Source: Blastocladiella emersonii ATCC 22665 (taxonomy: Eukaryota > Fungi > Blastocladiomycota). From it: a stretch of 64,000 bases of DNA. The notes under the pieces are model-generated. The model ran no database searches and was not told where the DNA came from. It saw nothing but the letters and a program-made list of their open reading frames with translations. This document shows, piece after piece, positions 8,656-20,950 of the stretch; the stretch's first letter is position 1, and each line of letters opens with the position of its first letter. The stretch covers positions 2,666,001 through 2,730,000 of the forward strand of contig JANHCV010000002.1 of assembly GCA_025594325.1 (NCBI GenBank). The letters are read 5' to 3'. The position numbers were made by a program, and so were the translations under genes.

Positions 8656-11259
8656 CTACGCCATCTCCTCGATCGTGAGCCCGAGCACCTTGGAGATGCG
8701 CGGGTACGCGGCGGTCGCGAGGACCAGGTCGTCGCGGACGCGGAGGTACGGCATCCCGCCCGCGGACCCCGCCCCGGGCCCCGCGCCGCCGTCGTCCGCC
8801 CCCGCGTCGGCGTCGAGCCACTGCATCCCACGCACGAGGTTGCGGAGCACGAGCGCGGCCGTGAACGGGACGCCGACGGGGTCCGCCGTCACCTCCTCGG
8901 TGATGTGCTGCTGGATCGCCATGTGCGGGTACATGGCGGCGGCCGCCGCGGCCTCGTCGAACTTGGCGTGCACGGGGGACGTCGGCGGGTCCGCCGCCGG
9001 CACCGCGATGTGCGTGCGGAGGTGCGCGAGCCACCGCGCCGCCGTCATTTGGGCGCCGGAAACCGTGCACCGGCCCCACGGACACGTCGGCCACGCCGCG
9101 TCGGCCGCCACGGAGGCGAGATGCACCGCCTCGACGTGCTGTGCGAGCGCGTCCGCCGACCCAAGGCACGCCGCCGTGCACCCAGCCCACAGGCACTGGC
9201 CGGCAGGGACGAACGCGCGGCGGCGCTCGGTCGTGAACCCGCCGGGCGGATTCGTGGGTGCGGCCGCGGTCGTAGCCCCAATGGCCGACGACGGGCGCAG
9301 GACGAGCCCGTAGACGACCTGCTCGGTGACGCGCAAACCGGGAACCACATTGGCGAGGAGGGCGAACAGCTGCTGCGGGTTGAGCCGCGACTTGACGAGC
9401 TGGGCGAACATCTGCGCCGCGGGGCTGTTGGGGTCGTTGTGCGGGACGACGGGCGCGGTCGGGTCGGCGGCCGCCGCCACATTCGCCGCGGTCAGCGCAA
9501 TGTGCTGCGACGCCGCCGTCACGTAGTCCGTGTACGCCTTGTGCACCAGGTTGCACGCCGTGCGCGCGTGCGGCTCCACATCCACCGTCGCGCACACCCA
9601 CGCCAGCGCGCGCAGGGGCTCCGGGTGCGCGAACGGGTGCGGCGGCACCACGATCGTTGTCGCCGTCGACACGGGGACGGGTGGGATGGTAGCGGGGGTC
9701 GTGGGAGCCGTGGGCGTGGACGGGGTCGCAGGTGTCGCGGGCGTGGCGGGTGCCGGGATCGCAGCGGCCGCCGCCTTGGCGACGGTGGCGGCGAGCAGGC
9801 CCTCAAACTCGCGGACCATGCGCTCGCGGCGCGACGCCGAGATGGCGGCGGCCGCGGGGGCGGGCGGGTTCTCGAACGCGCGCGACTCGGGGAGCCCGTC
9901 GCGGACGAGGCGCAGGAGCGCCGCGGGTAGCGTGCGGGGGGTGTCGCGAACGATGCGCTTGGCGAGCTTGCGCGACGCAAACGTCCACTGGTACAGGAAC
10001 TCGAGGGCGCGGTCGGCGAGTTCGTGGTCGGCGGCGAGGAGGAGCAGGTCGCACACGCGCGCGACGACCTGCGGGTGGTAGTAGTCGACGAGGGCCGGCT
10101 CGTGCACCTCGATGTGCGCGATCTTGGCGAGGACCGACAGCGCGCCGAGGATCAGAGCACGGTCGTCGCCGAGCACCAGGTCGTACAGGATCGGGAACAG
10201 GTCGGCGGCGCGCACGCCCTGCTCGGGCACGGCGGCGGCGGCGTTCGGCGGGCTCGCGGTTGCAGCTGCCGCCGCGGGGGCAACGGCGGCGGTCGCGCTC
10301 GCGGAAGCGGTATCGTCAAGCTGGTCCTCAGTGACGGCGCCCGACTGGACGGGCGAGTGCTGGATCGGGAGGACCGAGACGATGCTCTCGAGCGTGTCGA
10401 GGGCGAGGAGGCGCAGCTCGAGGAAGCGCGACTGCTCGGGGAGGCGCAGCAGGCGGAGGAGCAGGCGCGGGAGGTGCTGGTTACTCGCAAAGTAGGCGGC
10501 GTTCGGTGCGGCGAGGGCAAAGTTGCGCAGGGTCTGGACAATGAGGACTCCGCGCTCGAGGTCAATCAGCTCGCGCTCGTTAAAGAGCAGGTCGCCGAGC
10601 GGGTCCTCGTCGTCGCCGTCCTCGTCCTCGGCGAGATCGGCGCCGGGGTGGAGGTCCAGGAGCGCATCCTCGTCCATGTCGGCGTCGGCCGCCGCGTCCG
10701 CGTCCATGGCCTCGGGGTCCTCGCTGAGGATCAGGTCGTCGTCGTCACCGCCGACCACGCCCGCGAGGCCGTTGGGCAGCGGGCTGGGCTCGGCGAGCTG
10801 GCGGGCCGGGCTAGCCGAGAGCCGCGGGCGCGGGGTCGCCGTGTTGCGGACGGGCGAGACGGAGCGCGGGTAGAGCGGGAGCGGCGGGTTCGCAGCGACG
10901 AGCGGCGGCGGGTGCAGGTAGTCCTCGGCGAGGCGCAGCAGCTTGTCGAGGAGGCCCGGGACGGCCTGCAGGTGCAGGTCGCGGTCGGGGGTCGCCGACA
11001 CGACGCACAGCGACGACAGCGCCCAGTCGATCTCGTTGGGCAGCGTCGAGTGCAGCGCGAGCAGCGCGCGGTTGTGGAACCCGCCCGCGAGGAGCCCGGC
11101 GTGCATCGGCGCGGGCGCGGGCGCGTAGCCGGCGGCCGAGGCCGCGTGGTGGTACGGGTAGGCCATGGCGGCGGCGTGCTGCTGGTACTGCGCGAGGTTG
11201 GCGGCGGGCGGCGCGGCGGGGCCGCCGGCGCGCATCCCGGGCGGGGCCGGGGCATACAT
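8656..11259 (-). CDS. RSC9: RSC9/ARID2-like chromatin remodelling subunit (ARM-like region, RFX-like winged helix, two C2H2 fingers)
   Basis: Motif LALHSTLPNEIDWALSSLCVVS, an RFX-like WVCATVDVEP...VHKAY segment, and C2H2 fingers CLWAGC...HVEAVH and CPWGRC...HLRTH. Confidence 0.75.
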   Translation of the reverse strand: MYAPAPPGMRAGGPAAPPAANLAQYQQHAAAMAYPYHHAASAAGYAPAPAPMHAGLLAGGFHNRALLALHSTLPNEIDWALSSLCVVSATPDRDLHLQAVPGLLDKLLRLAEDYLHPPPLVAANPPLPLYPRSVSPVRNTATPRPRLSASPARQLAEPSPLPNGLAGVVGGDDDDLILSEDPEAMDADAAADADMDEDALLDLHPGADLAEDEDGDDEDPLGDLLFNERELIDLERGVLIVQTLRNFALAAPNAAYFASNQHLPRLLLRLLRLPEQSRFLELRLLALDTLESIVSVLPIQHSPVQSGAVTEDQLDDTASASATAAVAPAAAAATASPPNAAAAVPEQGVRAADLFPILYDLVLGDDRALILGALSVLAKIAHIEVHEPALVDYYHPQVVARVCDLLLLAADHELADRALEFLYQWTFASRKLAKRIVRDTPRTLPAALLRLVRDGLPESRAFENPPAPAAAAISASRRERMVREFEGLLAATVAKAAAAAIPAPATPATPATPSTPTAPTTPATIPPVPVSTATTIVVPPHPFAHPEPLRALAWVCATVDVEPHARTACNLVHKAYTDYVTAASQHIALTAANVAAAADPTAPVVPHNDPNSPAAQMFAQLVKSRLNPQQLFALLANVVPGLRVTEQVVYGLVLRPSSAIGATTAAAPTNPPGGFTTERRRAFVPAGQCLWAGCTAACLGSADALAQHVEAVHLASVAADAAWPTCPWGRCTVSGAQMTAARWLAHLRTHIAVPAADPPTSPVHAKFDEAAAAAAMYPHMAIQQHITEEVTADPVGVPFTAALVLRNLVRGMQWLDADAGADDGGAGPGAGSAGGMPYLRVRDDLVLATAAYPRISKVLGLTIEEMA

Positions 11260-11567
11260 GGTGGTCGATTCGGCGGTTGCAGCGAGTTGCGGGCCGCCTT
11301 TGGGGGAGGTGAGGGTGCACCGCGCGGGATTCGGTCGGCGCGCGACGGCGGCGGCGGCGGTGGGAGCCGCGAAGGCGCGCGTCAGCTGATGCTGAGGAAT
11401 CCGCTGCGACTCACTGCGCCGGCCGCCAGCGCGATGACGCTGGAAGCCCGCCCCTCCCTCCCTCCATCGCTCACCACCACTCACGACGACGACGAAGCGC
11501 ATGCACTCTGACGGCGGCCGCGACCGCCCGCAAACGGATCTCTGAGCGCGTTGCCACCACCACCGCC

Positions 11568-14500
11568 ATGCACCCGGTCCCGCCGCCCCTCCCGCCGAAC
11601 CCGAACCCGGGCAACCGCGCCGGCAACGGCGGCCCGCCGCCCATCAAGACCAACCTCAACCAGCAGCTGCAGAGCCTCGCCGCCGCACGCAACGCGCCTG
11701 CATCGGCTCCCGGCTTCGCGCGACCCGGCACCCCCGGTCTCGGCGGCCTAGGTCTCGGCCTCGGGTCCAGCTCGCGCCCGCCGTCAATTGGCCTGTCGCA
11801 GCCGAGCAACATGCCGTCGCTTTCGGGTTCGTCGTTCTCGGGGGCTGCCGGCGCCCCGCGCAGTTTCTCGTTCAAGGCACCCGGCACTACCCTCGGCGGG
11901 CTCGGCGGGCTCGGATCCGGGCTCCGACCATCCTTCAGTCTGCCCGGCTCGCGTATCGGGCCGCCTGCGCCGTCCGCTACTGCCGCGAAACCAACTCCGC
12001 CGTCTTTTGCGGCCGCTTCCTCGCTCGGTGCCGCGTCCGGCGGCCTGCGCGTCACCCCGGTCTCGCTCCCATCAACCACTGCGCCGCGCACGGCCCCACC
12101 GTCGCTTGCCGCGCCGCCGTCGCTCTCGCAGCCGCAGAAACCGCCACCGCAGCCGTTTCCACGCCCGCCGTCCATTAGCAGCTTCTCGAGCGCGCCTGCA
12201 CCCGCGCCGGTTCAGCGGGCACAGACGCTCCCCGTCACCGCGCCCGCGACCTCGTCCTCCTCGTCGCTGTCCCCGGCACCCTCTTCATCCACACCCACGC
12301 CCCGCCCCCCATCTGCTGCCGCTCCTAAATCGACCTCGCCCCTCGCCACACACGCGCCACCCACCTCGCTCGACGCTCTCATGTGCACCGACGTGGCGAG
12401 CGTGCCGCCGCACGACCTCGACCGCCTGCTGCGCGACGCGACCGAGCACTACCGCGACCAGTGCGTCGCCTTCTGCGAGCTGCTCGACCGCAACGCGCCC
12501 CACGCCAACGTCGACGCCGCACGCCGCCGCCGCCTCGACGTGCAGTCCTTCATCCGCACCGTCCAGGCCCGCATCGCGTCGGCGGGCCAGGTCCCGCAGC
12601 AACCGCAGTACCAGCGCCCGCCGACTCCGCCCCAGCGGAATCCGCCGCCGCTGCCGCTGCCACCACCGCCGGCTCAGCAGCAGCAGCAGCAGAACTTTGT
12701 GGACACGCCCATCATGGACCTGCCCGACGATATCTTCGATGACGACGATGACGCGTTCGGCAACCTCGACCACATGATCGACCAGGACCCCACGCACGGC
12801 GGCAACGGGCACGAGCCGCCCCGCTTCGCCGCTGCCGGTGCTGCTCCCGCTCGCCCGCCCGCACCCGCCGCTGTCGGCGGCCCGTCCGAGACCATTCACA
12901 TTGACCTGTCGGGCCTCACCGACTCCATGTTCAACGACACGCTCGTCGAGGACCGTCCCCCGTCGGCGCTCGGATCCGACACGGGCACCAATAGCAGCGT
13001 GTGGGGCGGGTACGGCGGCGGCGCCATTGCCGATGAAATCGACGAGGACGAGGAGGGCGACGACGACGAGTTTGAGAACGCGATCCACGAGGACGACCTG
13101 CGCACCATGGAGCTCGAGCTCGCGCCCATGACGCAGTGCATCGCCACGGCCAACGACGACGACGACGACATCATCGCCATCTCGTCGACCAACTCGACGC
13201 GCCCGCCGGGCCCGCGGATGTACGAGGTGATCGACCTGGTCAACTGCGACGACGACGAGGACGAGCAGATGACGCAGTATCCGTGGACCGACGACGTATA
13301 CTGCTCGCTGCGCAGCATCTTCAAGCTCGAGCGGTTCCGCAGCAACCAGCTCGCCGCCATCAACGCGACGCTCGCGGGCCGCGACTGCTTCGTGCTGATG
13401 CCGACGGGCGGCGGCAAGTCGCTGTGCTACCAGCTGCCGGCGACCATCAACACGGGCCGCACCCACGGGCTGACCGTGGTCGTGACGCCGCTGCTGTCGC
13501 TCATGCAGGACCAGGTCATGGCGCTCGTCGAGCGCGGGATCCACGCCGTGGCGATTTTCGGCGAGCAGGCCGCCGACATGCGCGCCTTCGCCGAGGCCAG
13601 CGTTGCGTCGGCCGAGGCGTCGCTCGTCTACGTGACGCCCGAGCTGCTCAACCGGTCGCCCAAGTTCAACAACATGCTGTCCAACCTGCACTCGCGCGGG
13701 CTGCTCGCGCGCATCGTCGTCGACGAGGCCCACTGCCTGAGCCAGTGGGGCCACGACTTCCGCCCCGACTACAAGGAGATCTGCAAGATCCGCGCGCGGT
13801 TCCCGCGGCTCCCCTTCATGGCGCTGACGGCCACGGCCAACGCCAAGGTCAAGGCCGACATCATCGACCTGCTCGGGATGCGCGACCCGACCATGCTGCG
13901 CGCGTCCTTCAACCGGCCCAACCTGTTCTACAGCGTGGTGCCGAAGCCCGGCGGCAAGGCGGCGGCGGTCGTCGACCACATGGCGGCCATCATCAAGGCC
14001 AAGTTCGACGGCAAGTGCGGGATCGTGTACTGCACGTCGCGCGACGGGACCAGCGCCGTGGCGAACCTGCTGCGCGAGCGCGGGATCCGCTGCAACCACT
14101 ACAACGCGGGGCTCAGCAAGCGCGACCGCGAGCGCGTGCAGCGCGAGTGGAAGACGGGCCTGTTCGAGGTGATCGTGGCCACGGTCGCGTTCGGCATGGG
14201 CATCGACAAGCCCGACGTGCGGTTCGTGTTCCACCACTCGATCCCGCAGACGCTCGAGGGGTACTACCAGGAGACGGGCCGCGCGGGGCGCGACGGGAAC
14301 CCGGCCGAGTGCATCCTGTACTACACGTACGGCGACACGAGCAAGGTGCGGGCGCTGATCGAGAAGTCGGACAACGCGACGCCCGAGCAGATCAACATGC
14401 GGATCAACGCGCTGCAGCAGGTGGTCCAGTACTGCCAGGACGAGACCGAGTGCCGGCGCCAGATGGTGCTGCGGTATTTCGGCGAGGCCTTCGACCGCAC

Positions 14501-15895
14501 CAACTGCCACGGGACCTGCGACAACTGCGCGCGGCTCGCCGAGCTCGGGTACAAGGACGGCAAGCAGCCGCCGACGCTCGACATGACCGACACGGCGCGC
14601 CGCATGGTGCGGCTCGGCGCCGGGATGAAGGCGCTCGGCGACCACGGCGACTCGCACTTCACCATGAAGATGCTCATCGACGTGTTCCGCGGGTCCAAGG
14701 CCGCGTCGATCCGCGACCGCGGGTACCCCGAGGTCGCCGGGTACGGCGAGGGCGCCAGCATGAACCGCGGCCAGGTCGAGCGGCTCGGCCGTAAGCTCCT
14801 CGACGATAAGGTGTTCAAGGAGTACACGATGAAGAACGCCCGCGGGTTCATCAACACGTACATTGCCCCCGGCCCGCGCGCCGACGCCGTGGCCCGCGGG
14901 CAGTTCAAGGTCATGGTGCAGGCCGAGGCGACCGCGCAGGACGTACGTTACTCTCGCATTCGTCGCGTGTTGCGCGGACAGGCGCTGACTTTTGCGTGTA
15001 GGGCTCGACTGGAGCCGCGGCGACCACGGCCAAGGGCAGCAAGCGGTCCGCGTCGTCGCGCAAGAGCACCGACGGCTCCTCCACCACCACGGGCGCCGCC
15101 GCCGCCGCCGCTGCGCCGCCCAAGAAGCGCCAGCGCAAGCGCGGCCCCGTCATCGAGTCGGACCCCGAGGACGACACCATGGACGGCGCTCGCACGTCGG
15201 CCATCTCGTTGTCGCGCAACTCGAAAGCCTCGTCGTCGACCGTGCACAAGCCGCCGGCGTCGAAGCGCGTCTCGAACCCCGGGTCGCGCGCGAGCACCAG
15301 CGGCGCGCCGAGTCCCGCTCCGGCGCCAGCGTACGTGATCGACATGCTCGACGACGACGATGATGATGACGACGCTGCCGCGCGCGCCGAGCGCGACACG
15401 ACGCCGAAGCCCCCGACCGCCGTCAGCAAGCGCGCGCGCCCGCCGACGATCCCGCGCAGCGCCGGCGCCGCACCCACTCCGCCGCCACTCGCTCCAGCGC
15501 CCGCACCGCCCGCGGTCCCGACGCACGACCTGGTGATCGTGCTCAAGTGTTTCGACGCGCTCAAGGCGAAGCGGGGCGAGCTGCTTCGGCGGGACGGGTT
15601 CCGGGACCCGTCGAGCGTGTTCACGGACGCGGCGCTGCAGGAGATTGCGCGGCGGCTCCCCTCGACGGTCCCCGAGTTCTACGACGTGCGCGACGTGTCC
15701 GACGACAAGTTCTTCAAGTTCGGCAACGAGTTTCTCGCCATCACGCGCGAGTACGCGGGGCTCGCGCGCCGGGTCGCGCAGGGTGAGGGGGATGGCGAGA
15801 GTGTGTACGCCGCGTACATGAACAGCGCGGCGGGGGCCGCGGCGGCGGGAAGTAGTGGGAAGGGGAGCTCCATGTACTTCAGTCGACGGGGATGA
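11568..15895 (+). CDS. SGS1: RecQ-family DNA helicase (Sgs1/BLM-like) with RQC and HRDC domains, 2 exons
   Basis: Motifs MPTGGGKSLCYQLP, VVDEAHCLSQWGHDFRPDY, ATVAFGMGIDKPDVRFV, YYQETGRAGRDG and the Zn-binding ECRRQMVLRYFGE...CHGTCDNC. Intron 14943..15001 joins in frame to an HRDC exon (PSSVFTDAALQEIARRLP). Confidence 0.95.
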
Positions 15896-15939
15896 GCATG
15901 GTTTCGCGGCATATACGTTCATTGTACAGTAGCAGTCGA

Positions 15940-18192
15940 TTAGGCGTACTTGCCCGCGAGCGACCGGATTTTGCGCGTCTTCTTGGCCGACGCCGTCGCG
16001 AGCTTGGACTGGAAGTACGCCTCCATCCCACCGCTCGCCTTGGGCTCGGGCTCTCGCTCGCCATCCGGCTCGGCCGCGGCTGCTGTTGGTGCTGGCGACG
16101 CCGCCGCCTTCTCGCGCCGCCCGCCCTGGCCCTGCCCCGACGCCGCGGCCATCTGCATCGCCTCGATCCGCTCGACGAGATGGAGCCGCTCCTCGCACTC
16201 GCCGCGCACCGTCTCCTTGAGCGCGGCGATCTCGGCCTCGAGCTGCGCGCGCGTCGCGTGCCACGCGGCCTCGCGCTGGCGGACCGCGGCTTGGGTGGCA
16301 GCAGCCGTGGCCGTGGCGGACGCGCGCGCTGTGGCCTCGGCGAGCTGGTCGCGGAGCGCGGCGAGGTCCGAGTCCAGCGCGTGGACGCGGGCGGAGGAGT
16401 CGGCGAGGGCGCGGGAGAGCGAGTCCTACACCGTCGTCGTCGTCGTGAGAATGGGAAAGCCGTAGAGAAGGTGATGGCGACGTACCCGCTCGCCGACCAC
16501 GTCCGCGACCCTCGCCCCCGCGCGCCGCACCTCGTCCCTCGCGTCGGCCAACTCGCGGCGCACCAAGTCGACGTCCCTTCTCGCACGCCGGTCCGCCTCC
16601 TCGGCCTCCCTCGCCCGCACCTCCATCTGCTCCTGCACCTTGTCGACCTCGCGCCTCGCCACCTCGAGATCCGCGCGGAGCGCCTGGACGACGACGTCAG
16701 CCTCGCCACGCACCTGGGTCGCCGACTCGCGGGCCGCGTCGGCGAGCTTGGCCTGGAACGCGGCCTGCATCTGGGTGATGCGGTTCTGGTGCGCGGCGAT
16801 GGTATCGCAGAGCTCGGCCTCGAGGGCGCGGACGCGCGTGGAGAGGGAGGTGGTGGAGGCGCGCAGGTCGTCGATGAGTTTCTACACACACGGGCGGGTT
16901 GGCGTGATGTGTGTGGGCGGCGAGGGAAGGTGACGGCGTACCTCGCGCGCAGCCTGCGTCGTCGACTGCGCGGCGCGCGCGTCCGCGAGCTGGGCGTCGA
17001 GCCGGGCCGCGGACTCGGTGGCGGCCGCGAGCTGGGTGGTGGTCCGCGCGAGTTCGGTGTCGAGGTGCGCGATCCGCGCGTTTGCTGCGTCGAGGGCTTG
17101 CTGAGCGACGGAGGCGGCGCGGTGCGAGGCGGCGAGCTCGTCGGACGTGACGGCGTGTGCACGCTCGGCGGAGTCAAGGGACGTGCGGAGCGCGGCTGCG
17201 GTGGCTACACGTACAACGGGAGTGAGGCGGTGGTCGAGGAGGGGATGGGGATGGGTGGAGTACCCTCGGCGCGGCGTCGGTCCTCGTCCGCGCCGGCCTG
17301 GACCCGCGCGCGGTGCATGTTGGCCTGCGCGAGCTGCTGCTTTCTACACGCTCTCGGGATCAGTCCAGCCTTCGCCGAACCCAGCCGTAACGTACGTTGC
17401 TGCGAGCTCGAGCATCAACGCGTCGACCTCGCCGCGGACGCGTGAGAGCTCGGCACGCTGCGCGTCCTCGACGGCGGTCCGCTCAGCGGCGGCGCGGCGC
17501 GCGGCCAGGGCGTCGGACTCGCGGCGGAGCGAGTCGGCTACTCCCAGGACCGCGGCTTTCGCGGTCGATTTGACGGTGCGCAGGCTACGCGACGCGAGTG
17601 GTCAGTCGTCGGTGCGGGGCGGGGCGGAGTGAAGGCGGCGTACCTGGCCTGGAACTCGCGGCGGATCCCGTCGAGCTCGGCCTTGGTCCCTTGGACGTGC
17701 GCGGCGAGCGACTTGGCCGTAGCGAGGGCCGCGTCGCGCGACTGGCGGAGGTGCGCGGCCTCGCCTCGGAGTGCTTGCTACGCTTCGTCCCCGCGGTCAG
17801 CAGCGCGCTCTCACCAACCCACGAACGCGTACCATCGTCTCACCATCCCGCCTCGCCTGCGCTCTCAACACCTCCGCGTCCTCCCTCGCCGCATCCCTCT
17901 CCCGTGTCCGCTCCGCCAGCTCTCGCTCCAACTCGACAACCCGAGCCTCGGCCGTGTCCGCGCGCGCGACGAGGGCGGGCCGTTCCTCGGCAAACGCCTT
18001 GCGCTGCTCCAACTCGACCTCGAGCCGGCGGAACTCGCGCTGCAGGGCGTCCATGCGCGACAGGATCAGGTACGAGACGCCGCAGAACTGGCACGCGGTC
18101 TCGGCCTCCGACATGGCGAGGATCTCGGCGGGCAGCGGCATGTGCCGCTGGTCCGAGGTCGGTTCATGGGGTGTTGGCGCCGGGGATTGCAT
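15940..18192 (-). CDS. LEKR1: LEKR1-like coiled-coil protein, multi-exon
   Basis: The N-terminus HMPLPAEILAMSEAETACQFCGVSYLIL resembles the LEKR1 N-terminal motif (LPEEI..M..EE..C.YCGVSYLI). Several coiled-coil exons follow, separated by GTACG introns; stop TAA at 15940-15942. Internal exon boundaries were not all resolved. Confidence 0.7.
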
Positions 18193-18388
18193 GGCTCAAG
18201 TGTTTGGGGGAAGAGGGAGCGTGGGACGCGCGCGCAAGGTGATGAAGTGGAGACGCGACCAAGTTCCCTTGACGCGACGCGCCACTCCCTCGCTCAAGCG
18301 GTCCGGTCGGAAGAAGTACATCTATTCTGGAGCAAGTCTCTCCAACGTAGCAATCCAGCAAACAAAAACTCTTCTCGAGTTAACCAGC

Positions 18389-19984
18389 TCACGCGGCCGT
18401 AGCGCGCTTGTACACGAACCACGCGACGACGGGCACCGCAGCGACCGAGACGGCGGTGCGGATCATCGCGGCGCGGCGGGGCGTGGGTGCGACCGCCAGC
18501 ACAAAGTTATCGACGACGCCGCCACGGGCACCCGCCTCAGCATCCGCGGGCGCGTCGCCGCACAGGACGCGGAGGTCCGTGCACAGGGCGAGCGTCGCCG
18601 CCGCGGTGTGCGTGGCCTCGTGGAGGGCGAGCTCGGCGGAGAGCGGGGTCTGTGCGTCGGCGGGGAGCGCCGAGGTGACAATGGTGGGAACACCGATCGC
18701 CTTGGCCCCACCGGCGGCGAGCTCGCGCTGGTACGCGAGGGCGGCGCGCTGGAGGTCGCGGGCGAACCGGGCGAACACGCGCTTGACGGACTCGATATCG
18801 GTGGCCTGCATGATGAGCTGGACCGTCATGCCCTTGCGGATCTTGACGTTCCCGGAAAAGACGCGCGGGTTGTTGTAGATCTCGGCAATGGTGGCAATGG
18901 CCATGACCTGCGGAATCGCGCAGAACTTGAACACGGTCGGGTCGCGCAGCGCGGCCAGGTACTCGAGCACGTCCTTGACGTGGCGCAGCGCGTTGTAGCA
19001 CATGTGGTTGAGCGCGGCGCGGCCCTTCCCGTAGTAGTTGTCGGGCTCGAGCAGCTCGCCGAGCGAGGCGGCGTAGTGGCCCCAGATCTCGCGCGGCCAG
19101 AAGGCGCGGTTCTCGAGGTAGTCCTCGTAAAAGTCGCGCGTGATGTTCACCTTCTGCAGGGCGAGCCCCATGGAGTTGGCCAGGTACAGGTCGTCGGCGG
19201 CCAGGGCGGGCGACGTCTCGAGCCCGGACGCCAGGAACAGCCGCGTGAGCCCGTGCCCGACGAGCCCCGCCACGTAGTAGCAGTACTCGTTGTACTCGGC
19301 GATGGTCTGCACGCGGTTCCCCGACAGGAGCACCGCGGCCTCGGCCTCGGCCGCCGTCGCCGACGGCGCAGCGGCGGCGGCAGCAAGCGCGGCCTCGGCG
19401 GCCTGGTCCTGCTCGTACGCGCGCTGGCAGTAGTAGGCCATGCCGGTGGCCATCTTCTCGGTGATATCGGCGATGACGGCGCGGAACGGCGGCGGGAGGC
19501 GGAGGAACTGGTCGACCACGACGTTGAACTCGAGCAGCAGGTCGCGGTCCTTGTCGGCGAGCGCGTTTTCCGAAAAAGTCCAGCCGGGCGTGGCGAGGTG
19601 CTCGTGGAAGCGGGCGAGGACGGCGAGCTTGCGCGGCAGCGGGATGGTCATGTCGTCCTCGATGGTGTCGAGGCCGCGCAGCGCCAGGTAGAAGATGCAC
19701 ACGGCGTCGCGCAGGTCCGGGTGCAGCGCGCGGATCACGGCCGCGAACGAGCGCGACGTCCGGTCCAGGTAGTAGTAGCACCGCGCCAGCGTGTCGGGCG
19801 CGTGGCCCTCGTCCTCGCGCGCCGTGGCGGGGTCGGTCGTGGCGGCGGCGGCCGCCTTGGCAGCAGCAGCGGCAGCGGCGGCAGCGCGGGCCGGCTTGGC
19901 GGCGCGGCGCTCGGCGAGGGCGTACTGGACCAGCGCCACCACCTCGGTCGGGTGGAGCGCTGACTTGAGCAGCGTGGACATCAT
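18389..19984 (-). CDS. ERG9: Squalene synthase (farnesyl-diphosphate farnesyltransferase)
   Basis: Motifs TSRSFAAVI, FYLALRGLDTIEDDMTI, YCYYVAGLVGHGL and MGLALQKVNITRDFYED; FCAIPQVMAIAT; C-terminal TM anchor. Confidence 0.97.
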   Translation of the reverse strand: MMSTLLKSALHPTEVVALVQYALAERRAAKPARAAAAAAAAAKAAAAATTDPATAREDEGHAPDTLARCYYYLDRTSRSFAAVIRALHPDLRDAVCIFYLALRGLDTIEDDMTIPLPRKLAVLARFHEHLATPGWTFSENALADKDRDLLLEFNVVVDQFLRLPPPFRAVIADITEKMATGMAYYCQRAYEQDQAAEAALAAAAAAPSATAAEAEAAVLLSGNRVQTIAEYNEYCYYVAGLVGHGLTRLFLASGLETSPALAADDLYLANSMGLALQKVNITRDFYEDYLENRAFWPREIWGHYAASLGELLEPDNYYGKGRAALNHMCYNALRHVKDVLEYLAALRDPTVFKFCAIPQVMAIATIAEIYNNPRVFSGNVKIRKGMTVQLIMQATDIESVKRVFARFARDLQRAALAYQRELAAGGAKAIGVPTIVTSALPADAQTPLSAELALHEATHTAAATLALCTDLRVLCGDAPADAEAGARGGVVDNFVLAVAPTPRRAAMIRTAVSVAAVPVVAWFVYKRATAA

Positions 19985-20203
19985 GGTGCGGGGCGGACTG
20001 CGTTGCAGGGGGTCTGGCTACGTCGATCGCTGCGCTCGCCGTGAGGGTGCGGGGGAGAAAGGAGGGAGGAGAGCGCCCGAGGGTGGGAACGGCGGCGGGC
20101 GGAGGCGTTCGCGCGCGCTCAAGTGTGCGGCGCCGACCTGGGCGTGCCTCGCGTGCGCGCCGACCTGACCGACGAGTCGCTTTTCTCCCCCTCTCCCAAA
20201 AGC

Positions 20204-20904
20204 ATGATGCACGCGCCCGAACATGAATACGCCGCGGCGCTGCGGGCCTTCCGCGACCTGTCCCGCGCCGTCGACGGCGCCGAGTGGACCCTCATCGAGC
20301 CCGCGGGCGGCGGCGCGCCGCCGTACCTGACGTCGCGCCGCTTCCTACCGGATCCCCGCGCTGGTGAGGCCGGAGATGACTTGGAGATGGATTCCGAGGG
20401 TGTGATAGACGACGAGCAGACCTCACCCGTGACGGCGCCGGCGCTGCTGCAGTGGGAGGTGCACATCGCGTACCACGCCGCGTACACGCTGCCCGCGCTC
20501 TACTTTTGCGCGAGCACGCTCTCCGGGTCGCCGCTCACCGTGAGCCAGGTCGCCGATGTGCTCGAGCGGCAGTGGGCACGCGGCGACGGGCGGACTGAGC
20601 GCGGTGTCGAGGCCGCGTCGCAGCTGCGCGCGAACCTGTCCCTCGCCGTACGCTGCCCTCGCCCTCGTTCACCGAACGGGAGCCTGACCGCGTCGTGCGT
20701 GTCTAGGAGCACCCAGCAACCGGCGCGCCGTTCATCCTGCTGCACCCGTGCCAGACGGTCGAGCTGCTGGCCGTGACACTCCCACCCCACCTGCGGTCGC
20801 CCTTCACGGTGGCTACGCTGGTCGCCTGGCTCGGGATCGCCGGCCGCCCGCTCGGCGGGCTCGTCTCGGCGCGCTTGATCCAGGCCGCATCGCAGAGTCC
20901 ATGA
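20204..20904 (+). CDS. ATG10: Autophagy E2-like enzyme ATG10, 2 exons
   Basis: Motif WEVHIAYHAAYTLPALYF. Intron 20648..20706 joins to EHPATGAPFILLHPCQT, carrying the catalytic Cys motif HPCxT. Confidence 0.85.
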
Positions 20905-20950
20905 TGAACAACACCAAAGTCGAATTCCAGTCTCTCTACCCTCCCGTACC

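Noticed and set aside
12285-14657. 790-aa minus-strand ORF
   Set aside because: Antisense shadow of the RecQ CDS; extreme GC3 suppresses antisense stops and there are no motifs.
19330-19420. Ala-rich insertions in squalene synthase
   Set aside because: Similar poly-Ala low-complexity insertions occur in many proteins in this window and probably reflect GC-driven slippage.
17771-19963. 730-aa plus-strand ORF
   Set aside because: Antisense shadow of squalene synthase and the LEKR1-like gene.
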